Assembly: GCA_035353595.1 (NCBI GenBank)
Contig: DAOPZW010000001.1
Coordinates: 1,099-65,098 of the forward strand
Reading direction: 5' to 3'
Length of the DNA: 64,000 nucleotides
Origin: Elusimicrobiales bacterium
GTDB lineage: Bacteria > Elusimicrobiota > Elusimicrobia > Elusimicrobiales > UBA9959
Below, in pieces: positions 48,098-57,910 of this stretch. A program made the position numbers and the translations under genes. Within the stretch, counting starts at the first letter, position 1, and each line of letters begins with the position of its first letter. A model generated the notes under the pieces. That model searched no databases, was not told the origin of the DNA, and saw nothing but the letters and a program-made list of their open reading frames with translations.

Positions 48098-48275
48098 CGG
48101 CTGCAGTCCGGTAAAAACATTCCGCCTGCCCGTGAGCTCTGCGAAAAACCGCAAAACCGCCTTTCCCGCGACGGTAATTTCGGCCGGTCCGGCTGCGTTC
48201 TGCTGCGAAGGCTTGTTCCCGGGCAGGGTTCCAATGGGGCAAAAGATTTAGCCCGGCGTATCCGGGGACAGCGGA

Positions 48276-49214
48276 CTATTTCAATAAACCATAGGCGCCG
48301 ATAATCCCATATAGTTCTTGCGCATATATCTCATTGGCGAGAGCTGAAGGGTGCTGGTCTAAAGGGTGCAGGTAAAATTTTCTTTTTGAAGTATGCATTA
48401 TGCCGGCTTTTTTATAATAGACGGCGGGGTTGGCTTTTGCTGTTTCCATAAAAAGATCAGCATGCTCTTTTCCCTGAGTTAAGGTGTATATCAGGATTTT
48501 AAAACCGGACCTTTTCGCAAGTTCCTCGAGCTTCTTCAATGGTTGTCTGACAAAATCTATGTTCTTTAATCTTTTATTGTTCATTAACTCTTCGTATTTT
48601 CCGCCACTGTGTTTTATTCCCAGTTCGTTGACTAAAGTTGAAAATTCCACGCTTTCATCGTCATTTCCCAGGAAGGCTATTATGACCAGATCCGGGCGGT
48701 ATTTTAAAGCTTTTTCTTTAAAACGTTCAATTTCCTGCGCAGTATTCATTCCCGGAACGCCAAAATTCAAAACCTCAAAATGTTTCCCGGCGATTTCCTT
48801 GTTCAACATCTTTTCTAACTGGAAACTAAACGTTTCCTCTAAATTCAAGCCCACGCCAAAAGCAAAAGAATCGCCTAATACAGCCACTCTATAAACATTA
48901 TCGGGTTTATTGACGGTATATTCTCTACCCCTGAAACCGTCGGAGTTTATCCTGATAAGATAAGGGTCCAGGCCTTCCACGCCGGATACAGGCGTAACTT
49001 CACAATTCGCAATAAGCTTCCATCCTTTTCCGCAAATATATTCCCATGAGGGTTGGATCGCTTGCCGGGGCCCTGCTGCGAAATATGACCGCGCCTTTGC
49101 GGCTGCCTCCTTGATCTCCGCCGATCTGAAAGAAATGAAAAATATTAAAAACAACCAGGCCGATATAATGATCAGCCAGGAGCACACTAGAGCGGTTTTA
49201 TTCCTGGGCGTCAT
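48276..49214 (-). CDS. SGNH/GDSL-type hydrolase, membrane-anchored
   Basis: N-terminal TM. Block I 'VAVLGDSFAFG'. 'GVPGMNT' and 'DQHPS' blocks. The gene is visibly AT-rich relative to its neighbours. Confidence 0.7.
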   Translation of the reverse strand: MTPRNKTALVCSWLIIISAWLFLIFFISFRSAEIKEAAAKARSYFAAGPRQAIQPSWEYICGKGWKLIANCEVTPVSGVEGLDPYLIRINSDGFRGREYTVNKPDNVYRVAVLGDSFAFGVGLNLEETFSFQLEKMLNKEIAGKHFEVLNFGVPGMNTAQEIERFKEKALKYRPDLVIIAFLGNDDESVEFSTLVNELGIKHSGGKYEELMNNKRLKNIDFVRQPLKKLEELAKRSGFKILIYTLTQGKEHADLFMETAKANPAVYYKKAGIMHTSKRKFYLHPLDQHPSALANEIYAQELYGIIGAYGLLK

Positions 49215-49568
49215 AACCTGTTATATCCTCTTGCCGTAAGAACACCGTTATCCTGCCGGATCAGCTCAACTGGCGGGCTTGCGCAAACCGGTGTCCGGGC
49301 GGAAGCCGCCCGGCCCCCGGCCGCCGCGGCGGATTTAATTTTTTTCGGGAAAAACGCCGAGTTTTTGTTATTATAGCTAAATTAGACGGAGGCGCAGTCT
49401 TTCTGAAATTGCAGCCGGGATATAAGGAAGGTTCATTGTAAGGACCGCCACCCGGGCAAGCGCAGGGCAGCTTAATATCCGCCGCGCGTTTCCGGCCGGC
49501 TAACGGCATAACCCGGGGCCGGTTTTGTTTCGGCCGGGTCTCTAAGTTGCGTAAAATATCTTCTCTGA

Positions 49569-50663
49569 ATGACCGGCCAAAAAATGAAAACAAGTTCACG
49601 CGCGAACCGCGAGCCCGGGGTTGAAAAACGATCCCGGTTGCGCGCGCTCCTGCTGGGCGGCTCGGGCCTGCTGAGCGGCGCCGCCCGCGAAGCCTTCCTG
49701 GCCGCCGGGCATGAGGTGACCGTGCTTTCGCGCGGCACGGCGGAACTGCCGGCCCATCCCGGCCTGCGCCGCCTGCGCGCCGACCGTCATGACGGGGGAG
49801 CGCTGGGCGCGGCCCTGCGGGGGCAGCGCTTCGACTTTACCGCCGACTTCCTGGCCTATGACGCCGCCGATATAGAGCGGCTGCTGGCCGCGCCAGGCTT
49901 CGTGCCGGGCCGGCTGGTTATGATCTCGAGCGGCCAGGTTTACCTGGTAGGCGAAGGGGCGCGCCCGCCCTACAGGGAAGCGGACGCCGCGCTGCCGGCC
50001 GTGCGCGAGCCCGCGCCCGGCACCAGGGACTGGCGCGAGTGGGCCTACGGCATGGGCAAGCGGGCCGCCGAGGCGGCGCTCGCGCGCGGCTTCGCGGCCC
50101 GCGGCGTCCCGTCACTGGCCCTGCGGCTGCCGGTGGTGCAGGGAGAGGCCGACGGGCAGGCTTCGCGGCGGCTCTGGGCCTGGCTGGAGCGTATGCGGGA
50201 CGGCGGCCCGGTGCTGCTCCCCGACGGGGGAACGCAGCAGGTCCGCTTCATTTACGCCGGAGATGTGGCCGCCGCCCTGTTGCGCCTGGCCGTCATGCCG
50301 GAGTGGCCGGCCGCGCCGGCCCTCAACCTGGCTCAGCCCGGCGAGAACACGCTGAAGGAATTTCTGGAACTTGCGGCCGCCGGCGCCGGGCTGCATCCGC
50401 GCTTTGTTCCCGTGCCGGCGGCGGCGCTGGAGGCCGCGGGCCTGGCCGAGACCTGCGCGCCCTACTGGGGGCGCTGGTGCTCGCGCCCCGACCCTTCAGC
50501 TGGCTTCGCGGCGCTGGGCCTGCGCACCAGGGGCCCGGCAGAATACCTGCCGGCGGTGGTGCGGGCGCACCTGCAGGCTCTGCCCGCTCTTTCCCACCCG
50601 GGTTATGCGCTCCGCGCGCAGGAACTGGCCCTGGCCGCCCGCCTGCCCGGCGGCGTTGACTGA
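49569..50663 (+). CDS. NAD-dependent epimerase/dehydratase family protein
   Basis: Rossmann motif 'LLLGGSGLLSGA', 'YGMGKRAAE' (YxxxK). Start uncertain (49569 or 49584). Confidence 0.7.
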   Translation: MTGQKMKTSSRANREPGVEKRSRLRALLLGGSGLLSGAAREAFLAAGHEVTVLSRGTAELPAHPGLRRLRADRHDGGALGAALRGQRFDFTADFLAYDAADIERLLAAPGFVPGRLVMISSGQVYLVGEGARPPYREADAALPAVREPAPGTRDWREWAYGMGKRAAEAALARGFAARGVPSLALRLPVVQGEADGQASRRLWAWLERMRDGGPVLLPDGGTQQVRFIYAGDVAAALLRLAVMPEWPAAPALNLAQPGENTLKEFLELAAAGAGLHPRFVPVPAAALEAAGLAETCAPYWGRWCSRPDPSAGFAALGLRTRGPAEYLPAVVRAHLQALPALSHPGYALRAQELALAARLPGGVD

Positions 50664-50919
50664 CGCTCCTGCGCCGGGCCGCTCACAAAATTCGTGTCCC
50701 CGTCTGTCCGGCGGCGTCCGGAACTTAAAACAGGAACAGCAGCGTCTTTTCTGTGATGCGGATCTATGTCCTTCCTTCCCGGCTGGTCTGCCTGATCTTT
50801 GCCGTATTGCCGGCAGCTGTCGCCCCGGGCGGCCGCCACGGCATATTTTTCAAAAAAACCGCCAACTTTTTGTTATCATACCTTTCAGCCGCCGCCCCTG
50901 CCGCGGCGAGGAGGGCCAT

Positions 50920-52542
50920 ATGGACATAAAAGAGAAGATAGAAGGGATTTTTCCCGCGGAAGACGGAGTTCCCGCCGAAGCGCGCATAGCGCCGCTGGAG
51001 CAGAAAGATTACCTGGCCAACGGCCGCATAAAGGCCTGGGCCGGCCCCCGCCAGGAGGTGTTCTCCCCGGTCTGCCTGCAGGGGAAAAAGGGGCCGGCGC
51101 GCGTGCGCCTGGGTTCCTACCCGCTGATGACCGAGAAGGAGGCGCTCGAGGCGCTGGACGCGGCGGCCAGGGCTTACGATGAGGGGCGCGGCCTGTGGCC
51201 CACCCTCGGCGTGGAGGCCCGCATAGCCCACATGGAGGAGTTCGTGTGGCGCATGAAGGAGCGCCGCGCCGAAGTGGTGAAGCTGCTGATGTGGGAGATA
51301 GGCAAGTCGGCCGACGATTCCGCCAAGGAGTTCGACCGTACGGTGGAATACATCGCCGACACCATAAGCGCCCTCAAGGACCTGGACCGGAGCTCGTCGC
51401 GGCTGTCGGTAACGCAGGGCATCATAGCGCAGATAAAGCGCGCGCCGCTGGGCGTGGTGCTGTGCATGGGGCCGTACAATTACCCGCTCAACGAGACCTT
51501 TACCACCCTCATCCCGGCCATCCTGATGGGCAACACCGTGGTGTTCAAGCCGCCCAAATACGGCGTGCTGCTGCACCGGCCCCTGCTGGAGGCTTTCCGC
51601 GATTCGTTCCCCAAGGGCGTGGTGAACACCCTGTACGGCGAGGGCCGCAAGATCATCGGGCCCATCATGAAGACCGGCAAGGTCAACGTGCTGGCCTTCA
51701 TCGGCTCGAGCAAGGTGGCCGACCTGCTCAAGCAGCAGCACCCGGCGCCGCACCGCCTGCGCAGCGTGCTGGGCCTGGACGCCAAGAACGCCGGGATAAT
51801 CCTGCCCGACGCCGACATAGACCTGGCGGTGGCGGAAACCCTTACCGGCGCCCTGTCCTACAACGGCCAGCGCTGCACCGCGCTCAAGATCCTGTTCGTG
51901 CACCGCTCGGTGCAGAGCGAGTTCCTGGAGAAACTGGTGACCGGCATAGAAGGCCTGAAGCTCGGCATGCCCTGGGAGCCCAAGGTGAAGATCACCCCGC
52001 TGCCCGAGGCCGAGAAGCCCGCCTACCTGGCCGAGGTGCTGGCCGACGCCAAAAAGCACGGCGCCAAGGTGATAAACGAGGGCGGCGGCCAGGCGAGCGC
52101 CAGCTTCGTCTATCCCGCCGTGGTCTACCCCGTCAGCGAGAAGATGCGGCTGTGGCGCGAGGAGCAGTTCGGCCCCGTGATCCCGGTGGTGCCGTTCACG
52201 GACGTTAAGGAGCCGCTGAAGTACGTGGTGGATTCCGACTTCGGCCAGCAGGTGAGCGTGTTCGGGCGCGACATCGGGAAGATCGCCCCCATGCTCGACG
52301 TCCTGGTCAACCAGGTCTGCCGCGTCAACGTGAACAGCCAGTGCCAGCGCGGCCCCGACGTGTTCCCGTTCACCGGCCGCAAGGATTCCGCCGAGGGCAC
52401 GTTGTCGGTGTCCGACGCGCTGCGCTGCTTCTCCATCCGCTCGCTGGTGGCGGCCAAGGAGTCGGACGCCAACAAGCGGCTCATCCGCGGCATCCTGCGC
52501 GGCCGCAAGTCCAGGTTCCTGTCCACGGACTTCATCCTGTAA
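50920..52542 (+). CDS. NADP-dependent aldehyde dehydrogenase (GapN-like)
   Basis: Starts MDIKEKIEG with a GAGGAGGG RBS. 'FKPPKYGVL', catalytic 'YNGQRCTALK', 'EEQFGPVIPV'. The 183-aa upstream extension in the ORF track is rejected. Confidence 0.8.
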   Translation: MDIKEKIEGIFPAEDGVPAEARIAPLEQKDYLANGRIKAWAGPRQEVFSPVCLQGKKGPARVRLGSYPLMTEKEALEALDAAARAYDEGRGLWPTLGVEARIAHMEEFVWRMKERRAEVVKLLMWEIGKSADDSAKEFDRTVEYIADTISALKDLDRSSSRLSVTQGIIAQIKRAPLGVVLCMGPYNYPLNETFTTLIPAILMGNTVVFKPPKYGVLLHRPLLEAFRDSFPKGVVNTLYGEGRKIIGPIMKTGKVNVLAFIGSSKVADLLKQQHPAPHRLRSVLGLDAKNAGIILPDADIDLAVAETLTGALSYNGQRCTALKILFVHRSVQSEFLEKLVTGIEGLKLGMPWEPKVKITPLPEAEKPAYLAEVLADAKKHGAKVINEGGGQASASFVYPAVVYPVSEKMRLWREEQFGPVIPVVPFTDVKEPLKYVVDSDFGQQVSVFGRDIGKIAPMLDVLVNQVCRVNVNSQCQRGPDVFPFTGRKDSAEGTLSVSDALRCFSIRSLVAAKESDANKRLIRGILRGRKSRFLSTDFIL

Positions 52543-52717
52543 GCGGCGGGGAGGAAAAAGAGGGGCCCGGGCGTAAACCCGGGCCCTTCCGTTTTCCCTG
52601 CGTGAACGGGCAGCCTGTCACGGTTCAATTTATTATTTGGTCCGGGTCCGGTCTGGCCCTCGGGTTCGCCGGCTGATCATACGGCAGCCTGCTTTTTTCG
52701 TCCCATCCCGTGCTTAC

Positions 52718-52746
52718 TTGACAGGTCAATGGGCCTGGGGTATAAT
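52718..52746 (+). promoter_or_regulatory. Consensus sigma-70 promoter TTGACA-17-TATAAT
   Basis: Both hexamers match exactly with a 17-nt spacer. The -10 ends 6 nt before the ATG at 52753. Confidence 0.65.
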
Positions 52747-52752
52747 CTTGAT

Positions 52753-53781
52753 ATGAGGCTTCTGCTGGCACTGGCTCTGACGCTGTTCCACCTCGACATA
52801 TATGCCGGGGTAAAGACCGTTTACGGTGAAGACGGGCGCGTAGATTTCTGGCAGGTCAGCGACAAGGTGCAGCGCCGCGTAATGCCTTCCGCGGTATCTA
52901 TCTTCAATTCGACCGGGACGCTGGCCTGCGAAGGCGCGGAGTGTTTCTTCCGCGGCCCCGCTTTCTCTCACGAGAACAGGGCCATGTGCCCGGGGGAAAG
53001 GTTCTTCGACCAGCCCAGCGGCGCCGTGTGTTCGGGGACCCTGGTAGGGCCGGACCTGGTGCTTACGGCCGGGCATTGCCTGGAGCCGAAAGACGGCCAG
53101 CCGCCGCCCTGCCGGAGCACGCGCTTCGTGTTCGGCTACAATGTCCCCCGGGAGGGCGTCTACCCGCAGAAAGTGCCCGCGGCCGAAGTGTATTCCTGCA
53201 AGGCGGTTGTGCTTTACGCGCTGGAGAAAGGCGACGATTATGCGCTGGTGCGGCTGAATCGCAAGGTTTCCGGCCACCAGCCGGCGCAGGTGGACTACAG
53301 GCTGCCCGCAGCCGGCGCTGCCATCTTCTCCGTGGCGGGGCCCTACGGCCTGCCGCTGAAAGTGCTGGCCGGCGCCAGGGTGCGCAAGGCGTTCGCCGAC
53401 GCGCCGCAGATGTTCATCACGGACCTGGACGCCTCGGGCGGAGTTTCAGGGGGCGGGGTGTTCGACGCCGTCACCGGGAAAATGGTGGGCATACACGTGG
53501 CCAGCTACGACACCGACAGCGAGGTAGTGCCGCTGCCGGCGAACCACGGCCTTCCGCCCGGAGACAGGCGGGTGCTCAAGGGCAAGTGCCGGACCGTCAA
53601 GCGCTACACGCAGGACGCGGGGGACGGGAAAAAGACCGTAGCCATCGCCTCGGTGCGCAAACTGCCGGCTTTTCTGCGCCCCGCCGTTAAAGAGGCGGTG
53701 AAGAGCCTGCCCCCGGTCGAAGCGCCCAAGCCCCTTCCTTCCGGCATGGCCGAGCAGATCAATTCCGCCTTCGGGCGCTGA
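52753..53781 (+). CDS. Secreted trypsin-like (S1) serine protease
   Basis: Signal peptide MRLLLALALTLFHLDIYA. 'CSGTLVGPDLVLTAGHC' (His), 'DYALVRL' (Asp), 'DASGGVSGGGVF' (Ser). Confidence 0.82.
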   Translation: MRLLLALALTLFHLDIYAGVKTVYGEDGRVDFWQVSDKVQRRVMPSAVSIFNSTGTLACEGAECFFRGPAFSHENRAMCPGERFFDQPSGAVCSGTLVGPDLVLTAGHCLEPKDGQPPPCRSTRFVFGYNVPREGVYPQKVPAAEVYSCKAVVLYALEKGDDYALVRLNRKVSGHQPAQVDYRLPAAGAAIFSVAGPYGLPLKVLAGARVRKAFADAPQMFITDLDASGGVSGGGVFDAVTGKMVGIHVASYDTDSEVVPLPANHGLPPGDRRVLKGKCRTVKRYTQDAGDGKKTVAIASVRKLPAFLRPAVKEAVKSLPPVEAPKPLPSGMAEQINSAFGR

Positions 53782-53958
53782 TAGCTGTTTGACTTGATAT
53801 TGACAAGCGGTGTTTCGAAGCCGCCGGGAAAGCCCGGCGGTTTTATTTTGGGCCGGCCATGGCGGCCTGTCGATATTGTCTCATTTGCTAGAATGGCTGT
53901 ATCGGTAACGGGCGTATACAGTCATTTAATCAAGCGTCCCTAAGGAGCAGCGTAACCT

Positions 53959-55377
53959 ATGACGGAAGGCAAAACAACCTGGAAATTTTCTTCTACGTTC
54001 TGGTCCGCTAATATTATCGAGCTCTTCGAGCGGGCGGCTTATTACGGCTGCTTCATCTTCCTTACCGTCTACCTGACCAACCGCATCGGCTTCACGGACA
54101 AGGAGACGGGCGTCATCACCGGCGTGTTCTCCTTCCTGCTCTACCTCATGCCCACTTTCATGGGCACGCTCGCAGACAGGATAGGTTTCCGCAAGGCGCT
54201 GTGCGCGGCGTTCCTGCTGCTGGCCTTCGGCTACGCCCTGCTGGGCCTGGTGCCGGCCAAGCTGACGGCGGTCATCGCCCTGCTGTTCATCATCAGCGGC
54301 GCGGCCATAGTCAAGCCCGTGGTCTCCGGCACGGTGGCCAAGTGCTCCGACGAACTCAACCGGGCGCGCGCCTTCTCGCTGTTCTATTGGGCCGTGAATA
54401 TCGGCGCCTTCGCGGGCAAAAGCGTGGTGGACCCCATCCGGCAGGCCTTCGCCGGCGCGGGGGATTCCGGCCTGCTGGCGGCGCTGAAAACGCTGATCGG
54501 AAACCCGACCGGCCTCGGCTGGGAGCTGCAGTTCGTCAACCTCTATTCTTCCTGCATGGCGCTGACGGCTTTCCTGCTTACTTTCTTCTTTTACCGGGAG
54601 GTGGCGCCCGCCGCGGGAACCGCCGGAGCCCCGAAAAAGACCGTGCGGGAACTGGCGCGGGGCATGGCCAAAGCCGTTACCAACTGGCGCTTCGCCTGCC
54701 TTATCGTGATCACCGGCTTCTTCTGGGCCATACAGGGCCAGCTCTACGCCACCATGCCCAAGTACCTCTTCCGCATGGTAGGGCTCGCGTCCAAGCCGGG
54801 CTGGGTGGCCAACGTGAACCCGTTCGTGGTGGTGCTGTGCGTGATCCCGATCACGCACATGGTGCGCAACTGGCGGTCCGTGAACTCCATCGCCGTTTCT
54901 TTCCTCATCATTCCTTTCTCAGCTTTTGCGGTCACGCTGGCCCCGCTGCTCGGCACGCAGGAAGTGTCCCTGGGCTTCACCACCATGAACCCCGTGATCC
55001 TGATGATGATGATCGGCATCGCTTTCCAGGGCCTGGCCGAATGCTTCCTTTCGCCGAAGTACCTGGAGTTCGCGTCGAAGCAGGCGCCCCCCGGCGAGAC
55101 GGGCCTCTACATGGGCTACGCCCATCTCAATTCGGCCTTCGGCTGGCTGTTCGGCTTCATCCTCTCCGGGATCCTGCTGGACAAGTGGTGCCCCGACCCG
55201 GCCAAGCTGCCGCCGGACCTGACCGAGGCGGCCAGGGCCGCCGTCTACGCCCACGCCCACTACATCTGGTACGTGTTCACCGGCATCGGCATACTGGGCT
55301 TCTTGCTGCTGATGGTCTTCCGCGCCGTCACCGACGCGATAGACAGGAAGCAGGCTCAGGGACGCTTGCTTAAATGA
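53959..55377 (+). CDS. POT/PTR2-family proton-dependent oligopeptide transporter
   Basis: Signature 'ELFERAAYYG' (ExxERFxYYG). About 12-14 TM segments. Confidence 0.82.
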   Translation: MTEGKTTWKFSSTFWSANIIELFERAAYYGCFIFLTVYLTNRIGFTDKETGVITGVFSFLLYLMPTFMGTLADRIGFRKALCAAFLLLAFGYALLGLVPAKLTAVIALLFIISGAAIVKPVVSGTVAKCSDELNRARAFSLFYWAVNIGAFAGKSVVDPIRQAFAGAGDSGLLAALKTLIGNPTGLGWELQFVNLYSSCMALTAFLLTFFFYREVAPAAGTAGAPKKTVRELARGMAKAVTNWRFACLIVITGFFWAIQGQLYATMPKYLFRMVGLASKPGWVANVNPFVVVLCVIPITHMVRNWRSVNSIAVSFLIIPFSAFAVTLAPLLGTQEVSLGFTTMNPVILMMMIGIAFQGLAECFLSPKYLEFASKQAPPGETGLYMGYAHLNSAFGWLFGFILSGILLDKWCPDPAKLPPDLTEAARAAVYAHAHYIWYVFTGIGILGFLLLMVFRAVTDAIDRKQAQGRLLK

Positions 55378-55475
55378 CTATTTATTAACAAGCCGTACGC
55401 CGCCGGCCGGCTGCGCGGGCGGCCGTCAGGGCGCATAGCGCTTGAGACGGCAGGCCCGCTGCTGCGCCCGGGATT

Positions 55476-57596
55476 TTGATATATTATTCTCCGGCAGGTT
55501 CAAAGAAATATTTTTGTGTTTCACCACGGGCCGCCCGGGCGATCGGCTGGCTGCTGGCCGCCTGGCTGGGCGCGACAGGCTGGGTGTATTACCACGGGCA
55601 CGACTGGACGGCGCTGTGGCAAATGTGGCGCTACTGGCCCACCCTTATCCCGAATTTTTCCGCCGCCCGGGCCTGGATCATCCTGTGCGACCTGGCCCTG
55701 CTGGCGGCGCTGCTCTGGCTGACGCTGCTGGGCCGCGGCGCCGGCGCCGCGCTGCTGGCATACGCCGGGCTGGCTACCGGGGAAAAGCCGGGGCAGTTCG
55801 CTTTGAGCCTGGCGGCGGGCTGGGGCGCCATGGCCCTGGCCATGTTCGGGCTGGGCGCGCTGGGCGCGTGGAACAGGCCGTTAGTGTTCGCGCTGCTGGG
55901 CGCCGGCACGGCCGCCCTGGCCTTTGGGCAATACCGCGGCTGGCGCGCCGCGGCCGCGGCGCCGCCCAAGGCGTCCCCCGCCGGGGCGCGGCCGCTGTTC
56001 TCCTGGAATAAAGCGTGGCTTTTAATCTTCGCCTGTTTCGCCGCGCTGAACCTGCTGTGCGCCTTCGTCCCCGAAATATTCTACGACGCGCTGGTCTACC
56101 ATTTAGCTCTGCCGGACCTGTACTGGAAACACGGCGGCCTTATGGCTACGCCGTGGAACCTTTACGCCGGGCTGCCGCAGCTGGTGGAATGCCTCTACGC
56201 CTTGGCCCTGCCGGTGGGCGGCGACGGGCTGGCGCGCCTGCTGCACTGGGCCTTCGGCCTGGGCGCGGCGCTGCTTACTTTCGCGATGGCGCGCCGTTAT
56301 GTAAGCCTGGGCGCCGCTTACCTGGCCGCGCTGCTGTTTTACAGCATCCCGCTGGTGGGCGTGCTGTCCGGCCAGTCTATGACGGACCTGGGCTGGGTGT
56401 TTTTCCAGCTGGCCGGGCTGTACGCGCTGTGCATACGCCTGGAAGCCCCGGATAATTCGCGGAACTGGACGCTGCTGGCCGGAATGCTATGCGGTTGCGC
56501 CATGGGCAGCCGCTACCAGGCCTGGCTGCCGTCCCTGCTGGCCGGCGCGGCGCTGGCCCGGGCGCTGCCCGCCGGCGGCAAAGGCGGCCGCCGGGAAGCG
56601 CTGCTGCTCGCCGCGGCCGCCCTGGCGGCGGCGGCGCCGTGGCTGGTAAAGAACGCGGTCTTCTATCACAATCCAGTTTACCCGTTCCTGCACGAGTATT
56701 TTTCGGCGGGGCCCGCCCCGCGCTGGCGGGACCTGCTGGCCGACGGCGGGGGCCGGGACCCGGGGCTGTTGCTTTCCAGCTGGGCCGGCCTGCGCTCCTG
56801 GCTGCTGTACTTCTGGGACTACTCTTTCGGGGCCAATGACCTGGGGCCGGCGCTCCTGCTGGCGTTTCCCGCGCTGTTGCTGCGCAAACATCTTAAACAG
56901 CCGCTGCTTTTTCTGCGGGAAGTTTTCTTGCTGGTCTGGTTCACGCAGAGTTTTTTCAGCGGCCTGGCCCGTTTCCTGCTGCCCTGCTTTCCGCTGGCCT
57001 TCATACTCTTTGCCGCGGCGGCGGAAAATTACCTGGACCGCAGGGTGAGAAACGCGCTCAACGCCGGCCTGCTTTTTGTTTTTTGTTCCAACTTCATGCT
57101 GCAGGTCTATATCTTCAAAGCTTACGGGGCCGACAACGCGGTGCTGGGGCTGGAAACGGCGGCCGAATATCTTAAGACCGCGCATAAGACTTATCCCCGG
57201 CCGCCTTATGTCGCGCTGGAATACATCAATAATACCCTGCCGCAGGACGCGCGCGTGCTGTTCGTGGGCGAGGCGCGCGGCTTTTACTGCCGGCGCGATT
57301 ACCTGGCCGGCGCGGTCTTTAACGAGCCGCCGCTGCGCGAGTGGCTGCGCGGCGCCGCCGGCGCCGAAGAACTGCTGGCCCGTTTCCGCGCGGAGCGCAT
57401 AACGCATGTGCTGATAAATCACAATGAGCTGGAAGCCTGGCGGCGCGCCTACCCCGCGGCCATGGCGCTGGACAGCAGGGCCGCGGCGGTCTTCGATGAA
57501 TTCACACGGCGCTTTCTGCGTTTGAAGTTCGAAAGCAAAACCGCCCCGGCCGGCAGCATAATTTCCTGGACCCAGGTTTACGAAGTAGCCCTGTAA
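55476..57596 (+). CDS. Polytopic membrane protein, tentatively a GT-C-type (PMT_2/ArnT-like) glycosyltransferase
   Basis: 706 aa. More than 10 hydrophobic segments followed by a ~150-aa soluble C-terminal domain. The family call is tentative and the start is uncertain. Confidence 0.4.
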   Translation: MIYYSPAGSKKYFCVSPRAARAIGWLLAAWLGATGWVYYHGHDWTALWQMWRYWPTLIPNFSAARAWIILCDLALLAALLWLTLLGRGAGAALLAYAGLATGEKPGQFALSLAAGWGAMALAMFGLGALGAWNRPLVFALLGAGTAALAFGQYRGWRAAAAAPPKASPAGARPLFSWNKAWLLIFACFAALNLLCAFVPEIFYDALVYHLALPDLYWKHGGLMATPWNLYAGLPQLVECLYALALPVGGDGLARLLHWAFGLGAALLTFAMARRYVSLGAAYLAALLFYSIPLVGVLSGQSMTDLGWVFFQLAGLYALCIRLEAPDNSRNWTLLAGMLCGCAMGSRYQAWLPSLLAGAALARALPAGGKGGRREALLLAAAALAAAAPWLVKNAVFYHNPVYPFLHEYFSAGPAPRWRDLLADGGGRDPGLLLSSWAGLRSWLLYFWDYSFGANDLGPALLLAFPALLLRKHLKQPLLFLREVFLLVWFTQSFFSGLARFLLPCFPLAFILFAAAAENYLDRRVRNALNAGLLFVFCSNFMLQVYIFKAYGADNAVLGLETAAEYLKTAHKTYPRPPYVALEYINNTLPQDARVLFVGEARGFYCRRDYLAGAVFNEPPLREWLRGAAGAEELLARFRAERITHVLINHNELEAWRRAYPAAMALDSRAAAVFDEFTRRFLRLKFESKTAPAGSIISWTQVYEVAL

Positions 57597-57679
57597 AAGG
57601 GCAAGGCGCCGCGGGCTTTCCGGCCGCCTGTGCCGGCAGCGGGGCGCCGTTGCGGCCTTCCGCCGCTGCTTTATATACA

Positions 57680-57713
57680 TTTTCAAGTGAAAATAAGGAT
57701 TTTCATATGAAAA
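57680..57713. promoter_or_regulatory. Two tandem upstream activator sites TTTTCA-AG-TGAAAA and TTTTCA-TA-TGAAAA
   Basis: Sites at 57680..57693 and 57700..57713, centres 20 bp apart, ~90-120 bp upstream of the -24/-12 promoter at 57799. Confidence 0.6.
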
Positions 57714-57798
57714 TAATTTATCCTCATTAATACAGGGGCCCTGCCAGGCGGGGGGCTACCTCCTATGAAAATGCCGGGTTTCGGCTTACCGGGGGCGC

Positions 57799-57814
57799 TG
57801 GCATATAAATTGCT
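57799..57814 (+). promoter_or_regulatory. Sigma-54 (-24/-12) promoter TGGCAT-ATAAA-TTGCT
   Basis: Consensus spacing. Followed by an ~85-nt leader and an AAGGAG RBS before the ATG at 57911. Confidence 0.75.
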
Positions 57815-57910
57815 CTGTGAAGGTTGCCGGGGTCACCGGATCCCGGTAAGGCAAAGCGTGGTACGGGGCAATATTCGTTCTGCGCTGCACAGCAGTAAGG
57901 AGAAAAATAC

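Noticed and set aside
44885-48154. Large antisense ORFs 44885..47134 (749 aa, plus) and 47087..48154 (355 aa, minus)
   Set aside because: They overlap the TolC, aminotransferase and DUF1848 genes on the opposite strand. Their translations are low-complexity and contain no motifs.
50371-50919. 183-codon N-terminal extension of the aldehyde dehydrogenase ORF, plus antisense ORFs 50764..52059 and 51195..52208
   Set aside because: The extension is Arg/Pro/Ala-rich, overlaps the end of the epimerase gene, and precedes a good RBS and ATG at 50920, where ALDH homology begins.
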